A DNA stretch of 64,000 nt. It comes from an uncultured Candidatus Saccharibacteria bacterium. GTDB lineage: Bacteria; Patescibacteriota; Minisyncoccia; Phycocordibacterales; CAIZLB01. The position numbers and the translations under genes are program-made. The first letter of the stretch is position 1. The number at the start of each line of letters is the position of its first letter. The stretch spans positions 19,689 through 83,688 of the forward strand of contig CAZVIP010000003.1 of assembly GCA_964627085.1 (NCBI GenBank), in the 5' to 3' direction. This document shows positions 40,038 to 49,797 of the stretch, piece after piece. The notes under the pieces were generated by a model. That model was not told the origin of the DNA. It searched no databases and worked only from the letters and a program-made list of their open reading frames with translations.

Positions 40038-42290
40038 TTGTATATTCTGCATATGCGATCTGGAGCAGAGAAAAATACTGTAAATCAAAAAGACAGAAGC
40101 ATATATGCGTTCGGTCATCCCGGGTGTATTTGTTCTGCAACACCGAGAGCGAATGTAGATAAGCCAATTTTTATTTCTGCACTTGAATCACTTTCACACC
40201 TCAGAACACTTGCGTATAGAAAGTTTGGATTAGGGCATGATTGTGAGAGTTATCTGGTAAGCGTTAATCACATGCGAAACTGTTGCCTATTTTTATCGCA
40301 GATATCAGCTGACGGGACCATAAATTATTACAATCGAAATTCTCAATTTTCTGAGTTGTATCCAGATGATATCGACGACACATTCACCTGTCTTCATATT
40401 TTAAATACATATCCAGACAGCAACCTTTTACCACCCCGTACAGGTGGTTATATACACCCAGAACTTATCGCTCGGACAATTGAGGGTTTGGATAAGATCA
40501 GGTGTAGACCATCAGATATACTAGGAGATACTGGATCTTGCCCGACCACAGATGATGGTATCTTATTTAATACTTGGTATAGCCACCTACCCCAATTCAA
40601 ATCAATTGACATTACAGCCCAAACTTCAGTAATTGCATTTTTTGATAGTGTAGGTTTTGACTGCACAAGACTTAAAGACATAGTCAACGAAGCTTTCATC
40701 CAGAGAATTCAATACGCAACATATTTTGAAGATACACTCTGCCAATTTTCTGAATTCTATCAATCACCTTTTTTGCCTATATATTTATTTAGTAGATCAA
40801 AACTAAGTGGTGATCAGCTAGAGTGTTTTGTCACATCAACATCAGCGCTATTACAGAAAAGTTTTTTCAGGCAGAACAATATTTCTTGTCACGCTTCAAG
40901 CGTGGGAAGCTGGACCAAAATAGACACACTTCTCCTTGTGTGTGCAATAAATTATCAATTACATAGCTTTCTTTCATCAAACAATACAGACCCGGACGTA
41001 CTATTAGGTGCGGGGTGTAATCAGAGCACTCGCCTTATTTATGAAATACATAAAATCAAACATATACTCAAGTATTTTGCAGGACAAAATCAAAGCAAAA
41101 TTTCATATTTAAAAGGATTGAATCCTACCAGATACCCGCTCTATATTGAGAGACAATCCGTGGAAGTAACAACATATGCACATAGCGAAACTTTTATAAA
41201 GAATATTGCAAGAGAAGCAATACTTGGGTCAAGACAAATTCTTTCTAAGTACAACAAGTCGAGTCACCTTGTGGACATTTCCACCCCGAGCTACACCTAC
41301 AAGGATCTAAACTCAATTACTCTCACCGATATTTGCACGGATGAAATACATCTTTGTCTTTTTGAATATATTGAAAAGTTTACCGCAGATGAAAAAACAT
41401 ATATTCAATCTTTAATCAGTGACCTCACAAATTCAACTGACTTTCAGATTGCAAAAGACATCTTTAATTCCAAATTTAGTCAGGTTATCACTTGTGCAAA
41501 TAAAATCGGGGGAGAAGCAGGAAGGCATATTTTTTATTTATATTCTGGAGTTTCAGAGTGGGTCACATATAGACCAGTACATCTATTATCAAATCATTTA
41601 CTCGGGATTATTGGTTTTTATCTATATGACAAAATAATCGACAAAGAGTTAAGTGTTACATATCTCCCTATATCAAAATATTGCATTCAAGTATTTGAAG
41701 AATGGCTTTGCGATATTTTCTTGTTAATTAATACAGACATGAAACTGTCCATATCTCACATACTCTATCTCATGAATATTTCATACCTTGAAGAAGTGCA
41801 AGGTAGACCAATTCCGATCAAAAATATTCACCACAAGTCTATTTGTAGCTCTATTCTGGCACTTATCGTATACCCAAAATACGCAAATCAAACCATCTCA
41901 TATTTTGAACACCTACAATGCGCAAGACAAATCTGTGATGATCACAAAGACTTTGACTCAGATTTCAAGACTGGAAAATCAACATCGATGACTCATTTCT
42001 TGCGAAATGTAAAAAACCAAAACAAAGAAAAAATAACAAGACAAAACAGCGACAATCTCATCCTTGGGCCAATACCAAAATTAGACGAAGAGAAAGTTTA
42101 CACTTACCTTACGAACAAGTGCGCCAAGACCATAGAATGTGTAGCGTACACACAAGACATAAAACTTAGACACATCTACACAAAGTACATAGAAAATCTT
42201 TGTGAAAAAATAGACAAAACAAAAATGGAGCAGAAAATACTTTCTAAACTACGAGATACCGCAGGGACACAGGGCACTCTCCCGCCTTAA
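40038..42290 (+). CDS. Putative fusion of class II terpene cyclase/prenyltransferase-like and class I isoprenoid synthase-like domains (divergent)
   Basis: N-terminal YPDDIDDT (DxDD); C-terminal YLYDKIID and ARQICDDHKDFDSDFKTG; start codon uncertain. Confidence 0.55.
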   Translation: MYILHMRSGAEKNTVNQKDRSIYAFGHPGCICSATPRANVDKPIFISALESLSHLRTLAYRKFGLGHDCESYLVSVNHMRNCCLFLSQISADGTINYYNRNSQFSELYPDDIDDTFTCLHILNTYPDSNLLPPRTGGYIHPELIARTIEGLDKIRCRPSDILGDTGSCPTTDDGILFNTWYSHLPQFKSIDITAQTSVIAFFDSVGFDCTRLKDIVNEAFIQRIQYATYFEDTLCQFSEFYQSPFLPIYLFSRSKLSGDQLECFVTSTSALLQKSFFRQNNISCHASSVGSWTKIDTLLLVCAINYQLHSFLSSNNTDPDVLLGAGCNQSTRLIYEIHKIKHILKYFAGQNQSKISYLKGLNPTRYPLYIERQSVEVTTYAHSETFIKNIAREAILGSRQILSKYNKSSHLVDISTPSYTYKDLNSITLTDICTDEIHLCLFEYIEKFTADEKTYIQSLISDLTNSTDFQIAKDIFNSKFSQVITCANKIGGEAGRHIFYLYSGVSEWVTYRPVHLLSNHLLGIIGFYLYDKIIDKELSVTYLPISKYCIQVFEEWLCDIFLLINTDMKLSISHILYLMNISYLEEVQGRPIPIKNIHHKSICSSILALIVYPKYANQTISYFEHLQCARQICDDHKDFDSDFKTGKSTSMTHFLRNVKNQNKEKITRQNSDNLILGPIPKLDEEKVYTYLTNKCAKTIECVAYTQDIKLRHIYTKYIENLCEKIDKTKMEQKILSKLRDTAGTQGTLPP

Positions 42291-42953
42291 TTATCTCCCA
42301 CTAAACGCCTCTGCGAGTGGCTTGCCATTCAAGAATACCGCAACAGTAGATGGTGCGTATACAGCATCAAGTGTTTTTTGGATCTGTGCGACAACTCGTG
42401 GACCATCACACACCCCGCCGATTTTTGGTGTGCCAACTAGTCTAACTTCGTACTGACCTGGAATATCTTTGATGGTCTTGATTGTAATTTTTGATCCAGC
42501 AAGAACATTGTATGGCTGTGTTGCTTTTGATGGATTCAATTTCTCTAGACCTTCAAACACTGTATTGTCAAAAAGCTGTCCAAGAACATATGTTGTTGCA
42601 TCTGCTTTTGTTGTTGCAAAAAGATCACCTACTGGAATTTCATACGCAACAACAGCGTCGCCACAACCAATACTCTGCGGATCAGTTGTATTACTTCCAA
42701 ACTTTTCTAAATCAATATAGTAAAGACTTGCTTTTGAAAGAGGTGCATCGAATACTTTTGCAGGATCTGGAACATCTTGCATTACAGCCTTATCAACATA
42801 CTGTTTCGGGTTAGAATCTGATGATCTGATAAGGAACACGAATGCGAAGATCGCCATTATTCCAACAACAAAAGCGGTAGTAAAAATCCTTCTATTTGAT
42901 GTAGGGATTTTTGAGATTGGATTCTGATTTGAATTTGGGTTTTGATTTGTCAT
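42291..42953 (-). CDS. Membrane-anchored hypothetical protein (GerMN-like C-terminus)
   Basis: TM anchor; IGCGD...GGVCDGPRVVAQIQKT..VFLNGKPL. Confidence 0.7.
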   Translation of the reverse strand: MTNQNPNSNQNPISKIPTSNRRIFTTAFVVGIMAIFAFVFLIRSSDSNPKQYVDKAVMQDVPDPAKVFDAPLSKASLYYIDLEKFGSNTTDPQSIGCGDAVVAYEIPVGDLFATTKADATTYVLGQLFDNTVFEGLEKLNPSKATQPYNVLAGSKITIKTIKDIPGQYEVRLVGTPKIGGVCDGPRVVAQIQKTLDAVYAPSTVAVFLNGKPLAEAFSGR

Positions 42954-43136
42954 TGTTTAAGTTTTAGGCTTTTGTCTAAATTGTGTAAAGCTTTATATTA
43001 CCCCTATATTTTACTATTTTTATTGATTTTACTCAAACATGCAGGATGCTCAGCAATCCGTAGACATTCTCCAAACCCCATTCAGACATAGTTACCTGAT
43101 AAGCCCTTGGCAGACTTCGGGATTGTTGCACAGGAA

Positions 43137-44042
43137 CTATTTTACACTTGATCTAAGCATTGCGATCCTCTCCTCTGCCGGTGGATGTGTCATAAAAAGG
43201 GCGTGAATACCTTTACCAGCAAGACCACCAAATGGATTTGAAATATAAAGGTGTGCAGTCGCGTCTCGTGCCGTCTCCATCGGCTCAGCATGTGTTGATA
43301 TTTTCTCAAGTGCCTTTGCGAGCCCTTCTGGATTTCTTGTTAAAAGAGCAGCGCTTGCATCTGCAAGAAACTCACGTTTGCGTGAAATAGCAAGGCGAAT
43401 CAATAAACCCGCAAGCGGCGCAAGTAAGATGAGTATAAAACCTATAATTATAGAGACACCACCCCTATTATCCTGACCATCCCTCGCACCAAAACCACCA
43501 AATAGCGCAGAGCGCAAAAAGATATCAGATGCAATAGAAAGAAACCCTGCAAGGACAACTGCAATTGTTGAGATTAAAATATCCTTATTTCCGATATGAG
43601 ATAGCTCATGTGCAAGTACACCCTCTAATTCTGATCTATCTAATATTCGAAGGAGTCCTGTAGTCACCGCAATTGCACTATGATTTTTATTTCTACCAGT
43701 TGCGAAAGCATTCGGCACCTGATCTTGGACCAGATACAAACGTGGCACAGGAAGGCCTGCGGTAATACACAAGTTCTCAACCATTCTACGGAGCTCAATA
43801 TATTCAGGGTCTTGTGGACCAATTTCCACTGCCTTTGCCATTTTGAGAGCAACAGTATCAGAATACCAATAGCTAAAAAAGTTCAATACCACACTAAAGA
43901 CTACCGCCCCATATAATATCGATCGGCTATTGAAATAAAAACTCAAAAACCAACCAACAGCAATAATAAGCGAAAACAGGAAGACCATGAGAAACAGTGT
44001 CTTTGTATTATTAGATTCCTGGTGTGTGTATAGTGTTGCCAT
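43137..44042 (-). CDS. htpX: M48 zinc metalloprotease HtpX
   Basis: PNAFATG, HELSH, SRKREFLAD, THPP. Confidence 0.95.
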   Translation of the reverse strand: MATLYTHQESNNTKTLFLMVFLFSLIIAVGWFLSFYFNSRSILYGAVVFSVVLNFFSYWYSDTVALKMAKAVEIGPQDPEYIELRRMVENLCITAGLPVPRLYLVQDQVPNAFATGRNKNHSAIAVTTGLLRILDRSELEGVLAHELSHIGNKDILISTIAVVLAGFLSIASDIFLRSALFGGFGARDGQDNRGGVSIIIGFILILLAPLAGLLIRLAISRKREFLADASAALLTRNPEGLAKALEKISTHAEPMETARDATAHLYISNPFGGLAGKGIHALFMTHPPAEERIAMLRSSVK

Positions 44043-44072
44043 AAATACGCAATTATTAACTCTGGTTACTTG

Positions 44073-44642
44073 CTAGAATTTTACCTCCACTGGATTTTGC
44101 ACTGCAGTTTTTTCAGCTTCTGGAATTTCAAAAAATGACATTTTGGTGAAATGAAACATGCCAGCAATGACATTAGATGGAAATGTGTCGATTGAAATAT
44201 TTAATTCACGAACATTACTATTGTAAAAACGTCGTGCTGCCTGAATTTTGTTTTCGGTATCAGATAATTCACGCTGCAATTCCAAGAAGTTTTGATTTGC
44301 CTTGAGATCAGGATATGCCTCAGAGAGTGCAAAGATAGATTTGAGTGACTGACTAATACTGTCTTCTTTTTTGGCACGGTCTTCGATTGATGCATGTTCA
44401 TCGATGGCGTTTATTGCCTGATTTCTCGCCGAGACCACAGCATCAAGTGTGCTTGCCTCATGGGTCGCATAACCTTTAACAGTATTCACGAGGTTTGGAA
44501 TAAGATCGTATCTGCGCTTGAGTTGGATATCAATATCGGCCCATGCCTCTTTTGCCCTATTGATATTCTTAATAAACCCATTATAAAGACCGATAAAACC
44601 CAGAACGAAAGCCAAGACGATGATTGTAACAATAATTAACAT
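44073..44642 (-). CDS. lemA: LemA family protein
   Basis: QLKRRYDLIPNLV, EAYPDLKANQNF, ARRFYN. Confidence 0.96.
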   Translation of the reverse strand: MLIIVTIIVLAFVLGFIGLYNGFIKNINRAKEAWADIDIQLKRRYDLIPNLVNTVKGYATHEASTLDAVVSARNQAINAIDEHASIEDRAKKEDSISQSLKSIFALSEAYPDLKANQNFLELQRELSDTENKIQAARRFYNSNVRELNISIDTFPSNVIAGMFHFTKMSFFEIPEAEKTAVQNPVEVKF

Positions 44643-44829
44643 ATGACTATAATTATACCCCTACTAAATAATGTGTATACCCCGAAGAGTATAGCGGTGT
44701 TTTGTGGGGCAATATATGCACCGCCACCTTTTAACCTACAAAATGTCAGTTTGCACATATTAATACGCACAAAATTCCATTAAATTTCACATAATCAACC
44801 ACCAGTTGGTTATGATTTACCAGGCTCGA

Positions 44830-45813
44830 TTATTTGTCTGAGGCCGTATCTTTGCTCTCACTTTCACTATGAGCCGCTGTGATTTCCTCCGCTGTATGAG
44901 TCTTTCGAACATCTTTAATCATAAGCAGGATAAAGAGCACCTCAAGCGGAACGATAACAAAATTTGAACCAATAAATGGAATCAGGAATGCAACGAGACC
45001 AATGACAGTGGCAAATGTTCTTGAATAGAGACCAATTGAGTATGCAGTTTTGAATGGCTGTGGTTTTTTGAGTAATCTGAAGATAAGCCAAGCTGCGAAA
45101 CCATAGAGCAATGATGCGAAGAGTGCACCAATATAGAGTGTTGCGAGCAAGAAGAAAAAGGCAATGAACGGCAAGAAGCGAGCAAAGTCTTTTATCCATG
45201 CTGTTTTTTCCAGTAACCACTTTTCATCAATGACAAGGTCGAGATCCTTCATGTCTTTGAATTGCGTAATAGTAATTCTACCTGTATCCCCTTTGAAAAT
45301 AATACCGTCTGCAGTCACAAGTACGAATGTATCTTTTTTCTCAAGATCTGCAGGTGTTGTAGAAGCAGTCACATCAAGGACGAGCAAATTCTTTATACCA
45401 AGCACACTTACAGGTACAGCAGATGCGATAGTCGATGTTGATGTGATGCCTGGGTTAGCTTGCCCCTCGTTTGTGCTAATGACCTGATTTGTTGTATCAA
45501 CAATTGACTGTTTGATACGCACACTTCTTTCATCTTGTGGCAAAGGCACGACAATTGGATTTGAGTTTGTTTCCAACCTACCGTCTTTGACTAAGACTTC
45601 TGCACCTTTTGGTAAAATATTTTGTGCGAGATTATCAATTGCTGGTAAAACCTGTGCGATATTTATTGATAATAATATTGTGAGAAAGAGCGCTGCAATA
45701 ATTTGTAATTTAAAAACAAAACCGAAGCCTATCTTTTTTTCACCTCGAATTACACTGAGGTAAAAATCCTTTTTGGTGAGCGAATTAATTAGTGTGTGGA
45801 AAAATTTCATCAT
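44830..45813 (-). CDS. DUF1189-like membrane protein
   Basis: N-terminal TM, soluble loop, 3-4 C-terminal TM. Confidence 0.65.
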   Translation of the reverse strand: MMKFFHTLINSLTKKDFYLSVIRGEKKIGFGFVFKLQIIAALFLTILLSINIAQVLPAIDNLAQNILPKGAEVLVKDGRLETNSNPIVVPLPQDERSVRIKQSIVDTTNQVISTNEGQANPGITSTSTIASAVPVSVLGIKNLLVLDVTASTTPADLEKKDTFVLVTADGIIFKGDTGRITITQFKDMKDLDLVIDEKWLLEKTAWIKDFARFLPFIAFFFLLATLYIGALFASLLYGFAAWLIFRLLKKPQPFKTAYSIGLYSRTFATVIGLVAFLIPFIGSNFVIVPLEVLFILLMIKDVRKTHTAEEITAAHSESESKDTASDK

Positions 45814-45842
45814 TTGCCTATTTTAACATACTATTAAAGGAT

Positions 45843-47114
45843 ATGAGTAGAAAACCAGTACTAGCAATATGTCTTGTCGGCCTTTTATCAGTAGGCGCGC
45901 TTAGTGCACTTTGTATTTCCAAGGCAGTCTTTTCGGCACAGGAAATGACCGGGACAAGTTCTGCTCTCGCACCAGACATACAAGATAGCAACCTTCTCTC
46001 ACCTACACCTTCTGCCTCTTCCACTTTTTCACTTCTATTTTTTGGAGACATGATGTTCGATAGAGGTGTGCGCACACAAATCAAGAAAATCGGCGAAGAT
46101 ACTGTTTTCAAAGACTTTACCAAGAAACTCGCGAGTCAATATGATCTCACTATCGCGAACCTCGAAGGACCTGTCACAAACTCAAAATCAAAGTTGGTAA
46201 ATTCTGCAGGTAAAGCAATCCCTGGTTTTACATTTACATTTCCAACATCAACCGCAACTCTTTTGCGAGATAGCGGTGTCGACATAGTGAGTCTCGCAAA
46301 TAATCATACTCAGAATTTTGGACAAAGCGGTCTCAAGGAAACCGCCTTATGGCTTGATAAAGCTAATGTGAATTTTTTTGGTAATCCGACAAATACAAAT
46401 CTAGTGAATATAAATTCCGCGAGTGTGAATTCTACGAGCACAAATTCCGTGGGTGCAAACACAAACCTCACTGGCACCAACTCCGGGATTAATTCAATTT
46501 CAAAAAGGCAGTGTTATAACCAAGACGCAATTTGTATCACATTTATCGGTTGGCATGAATTTGCATATCAAAACAATGCTGAAGTCATCAAAGAAATCAA
46601 ACGAGCCAAAAACGAAATTACTGACATCACTGGTAAACACAGACAATCAGATCTTATCATTGTCCTGCCACATTGGGGTATTGAATATAAAAACAATCCA
46701 AGCAAAAACCAAATCACCCTCGCCTATACCTGGATTGATGCAGGTGCTGATATGGTCGTCGGATCACACCCTCATGTCATACAACCCATTGAAATGTATA
46801 AAGATAAATTGATTTTTTATTCACTTGGAAATTATATATTTGATCAATATTTTTCTTTTGATACCACTCACGGTCTCGCTGTTGGCCTGACATATTCTTT
46901 GAATCCTTTGGAGAAAAACCCAGATGGACAACCCGTAGCACGTATAAAACTAAACTCAATCAAATTAATTCCAATCGAAATTACTGGTACAAAATTGCAG
47001 GAAATATCTGAGACAAATAAAAACACTATGCTAAAGAAATTGGAAAATATTTCGTCCTCTTTCCTCCCAAAAAACAAACTCGAACAGATAAAGAGTGGTG
47101 AAATCGGTTTTTAG
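45843..47114 (+). CDS. CapA (poly-gamma-glutamate synthesis-like) metallophosphatase-family protein
   Basis: GDMMFDR, NLEGP, LANNH, HWGIEY, GSHPHV, YSLGNYIFDQ. Confidence 0.92.
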   Translation: MSRKPVLAICLVGLLSVGALSALCISKAVFSAQEMTGTSSALAPDIQDSNLLSPTPSASSTFSLLFFGDMMFDRGVRTQIKKIGEDTVFKDFTKKLASQYDLTIANLEGPVTNSKSKLVNSAGKAIPGFTFTFPTSTATLLRDSGVDIVSLANNHTQNFGQSGLKETALWLDKANVNFFGNPTNTNLVNINSASVNSTSTNSVGANTNLTGTNSGINSISKRQCYNQDAICITFIGWHEFAYQNNAEVIKEIKRAKNEITDITGKHRQSDLIIVLPHWGIEYKNNPSKNQITLAYTWIDAGADMVVGSHPHVIQPIEMYKDKLIFYSLGNYIFDQYFSFDTTHGLAVGLTYSLNPLEKNPDGQPVARIKLNSIKLIPIEITGTKLQEISETNKNTMLKKLENISSSFLPKNKLEQIKSGEIGF

Positions 47115-47126
47115 TTTTAGTTTTAA

Positions 47127-47834
47127 TTATTCAATCGAAAAAGAGCGCAATGCCTTGTCAGCATTACCAATAAATGTTTGCACATCACGATCGGTATCAG
47201 CAATTGGACCCGTACTTGAAATAAAAGCAGAAAAAGCATAATAGATTTTTGTGCCGGCTCGATAAAAATAGATACGTCCTTTTGCCACCATTTCTGAATT
47301 TGAATAACCATCATAATCGACAATGAACCCAGCGAGTGCATGCGGATATGATAATTTTTGAGTTTTTGTGTTTTTGATTTCTATATCTTTTTGACTCAAA
47401 GCCTTGAGCGCAACAGACACTGCTGTATCTTCAGAATATGATTCAATCTCCTCTTCGGTACTACCCAGCGATGTGAATGTATCTTTTGCAATTGCGATAT
47501 ACCCCACTCGTGCAGGACTATCGGCAGAACCACCGACAGTACCACTTGCAATATATTCAGATGAAAACACTGGAACAAAGCTTGGAATATTTTTTGGATC
47601 AACCATTGTCCAAGATTTTGGATATGAAAAACTAATATTATTTTTGATATCGATAAATGTTGCATCCTCACCCTTTTTTGTCTCCGTAATCTGAACTGCT
47701 TGGGTATTAAATAGTTTTGGGCTCTTTACTATTTGAATAGTGAAAAAGAGCGCAGCCACAATCACAATAATCACCACACCAATGAGCAATGTTTTCATAC
47801 TGAATATGATACTGCGGATTTTTGTTATTGTCAT
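47127..47834 (-). CDS. Membrane-anchored hypothetical protein (PsbP-like)
   Basis: TM, ISFSYPKSW, C-terminal ..LRSFSIE. Confidence 0.65.
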   Translation of the reverse strand: MTITKIRSIIFSMKTLLIGVVIIVIVAALFFTIQIVKSPKLFNTQAVQITETKKGEDATFIDIKNNISFSYPKSWTMVDPKNIPSFVPVFSSEYIASGTVGGSADSPARVGYIAIAKDTFTSLGSTEEEIESYSEDTAVSVALKALSQKDIEIKNTKTQKLSYPHALAGFIVDYDGYSNSEMVAKGRIYFYRAGTKIYYAFSAFISSTGPIADTDRDVQTFIGNADKALRSFSIE

Positions 47835-47993
47835 ATTTTTTCAATCCACTTTCAAAATACAGTGGAAAAAATATAATAGAAATTAGAGATAAGAAAAAGG
47901 TCCGCCGATCATGCAATTACACATGATGGCGGACCCTCGTTTTTTTGGCGATTTCTTAACATTTTTCAGCTACTCGCCTACATTGCACAGAGT

Positions 47994-49055
47994 CTAAGCC
48001 TGGTAACCAAAAGGATTCAAACCTTGTGCCAGGGATGCTCCGTAACCATAGACCTCAAGAATTTGCCGATGTAGTTCAGGGCTATTTGGGTCACCTGTCC
48101 ATTTACGAAACAGGTCCTTATCGAGCCTTCCGGCGCCAGACAATTGTTTAAGGCGCAGAGAATCTAGATCAACACAATCACCAACCTTGAGCCAGTTTGT
48201 AGGAATTGAAATACTGGCTAGCTCCGGAGACCAAATTCCAGCGCGTCCGCATTCGATCTTGAAGTCGATGAGGTTCATACCTTGGCTCGCAAACAGTTTT
48301 TTCAGTGAACGGAAAGCACTGAAGGTTATATCCCGTAACTTGCCCACAAATTCTGCAAAATGTTCAGGGTGCTCAATTGGCTGATAACCAAGGAAAGCAC
48401 CTTCTGCACCCATTGGTTTTTGAGGGTCATAAAGGAGACCATGATTGCCAACAGCGTCGAACCTGAGCATAGGATCATGCCTTGCATCATCCTTAATGAA
48501 GATTTCGAATGGGTATGGGTTGAGTTCCCGCCCTTCTTCTACACCTGGATTACGACGAAGGTATGAACCAAACGCTAACGCTCGCATCACGAGCTCGTAT
48601 TTCTCCATCTCCGCCAAATTCATCAGATAGACATCACCTCTCGCGGCAATACCACGCACTGAAACATCAACAGTGAGACTTGGTGACGCGTCTGGAACAG
48701 AAGCTTGACGCTTTCCGAGGACAATGCCCAGGTGCTCATGTTCCAAAACCTCATCCTTATCCACGAAATGTGTTGGGACATTATCGCGCTCCAGATGTCT
48801 GAATAGTGCGACTGTAGTTGTGGTTTTCAAGCAGCCGAGTCCAGTGATGACAGTGCTTTTTGCGCCGTCACCAGCGGTCAAAGTGTCTTTGGTCTGGACA
48901 AGAACAAGGCTTTTACCTTCGATGATTGGTTTACCGTCTGGACCTACAAATTTATAGACCCTTTTGGTTTTTCCTTCGATGAGGAGTGGAAATGGAAGTG
49001 CTGGTTCATCAGAACCTGTGGCCGCCGAAGCGGAAGTTACTGTGTTATCACTCAT
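47994..49055 (-). CDS. purC: SAICAR synthase (divergent, with insertions)
   Basis: EGKTK, KDTLTAGDG, PTHF, ELVMR..AFGSY..R, KDD..HDP, LIDFKIECG, DSLRL, DKD.FR. Confidence 0.85.
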   Translation of the reverse strand: MSDNTVTSASAATGSDEPALPFPLLIEGKTKRVYKFVGPDGKPIIEGKSLVLVQTKDTLTAGDGAKSTVITGLGCLKTTTTVALFRHLERDNVPTHFVDKDEVLEHEHLGIVLGKRQASVPDASPSLTVDVSVRGIAARGDVYLMNLAEMEKYELVMRALAFGSYLRRNPGVEEGRELNPYPFEIFIKDDARHDPMLRFDAVGNHGLLYDPQKPMGAEGAFLGYQPIEHPEHFAEFVGKLRDITFSAFRSLKKLFASQGMNLIDFKIECGRAGIWSPELASISIPTNWLKVGDCVDLDSLRLKQLSGAGRLDKDLFRKWTGDPNSPELHRQILEVYGYGASLAQGLNPFGYQA

Positions 49056-49344
49056 AATTTAGAATGCCATGTTATGGCTTGTTTTTGGTTGTATTTGCTG
49101 ATTTCGACCCAATTATTACCGGTTTGGCAATAAAAGGTCTTTTTTTGTGGAATTTGGGTTACCCCGAGAATTTGCAGGAAACTTTTTGAATTTGATATCT
49201 CAAAGATCTGCAACTGGGAGGAATAGTACAGATAAGCCACGTCTTGGGCAAGCTTTGCCTATAAATAACCCTATTTCACATAAATATTAACAGATATACA
49301 CGTCCTATATTGCAAAAAAAACTGAATATGCTAATCTAATACCG

Positions 49345-49575
49345 ATGGATATTATCTCTACACTCCCAGTGATTCAGATCATACTTGCTGTACTCCTTAC
49401 AGTGAGCGTACTACTTCAGCAGTCAGATGCTGGGGCTGGTGGCGCATTTGGTGGCAGCGATTCTGTTTCAACCTGGAAGACACGCAGAGGCTTCGAAAAG
49501 TTTTTATTTTTCTTTACGATTGTTGTCGCAATACTATTTGTTGCTTCAGCTATCGTTGCGCTTCGAATTGGTTAA
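49345..49575 (+). CDS. secG: Preprotein translocase subunit SecG
   Basis: VLLQQ..AG.GGAFGG, RRGFEK, two TM. Confidence 0.92.
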   Translation: MDIISTLPVIQIILAVLLTVSVLLQQSDAGAGGAFGGSDSVSTWKTRRGFEKFLFFFTIVVAILFVASAIVALRIG

Positions 49576-49797
49576 TTAAATTGGTTGGTTTTTAGATTTG
49601 GAAAAAAGACAGATATTCTTATCTCACGGTGTTACCCACGCCAGTATTCCAAAAAACCTCTATATATATACAGAATATACAGTTTGATTGTCCCCCTGCT
49701 CTCTTTTGCACTAAATGTATACCAAAAGATTACGTACAGTTCAGTAGAAAAGAAATAATATCTCTCGCTCTATTTATTTACGTATTATTTTCGTCTC

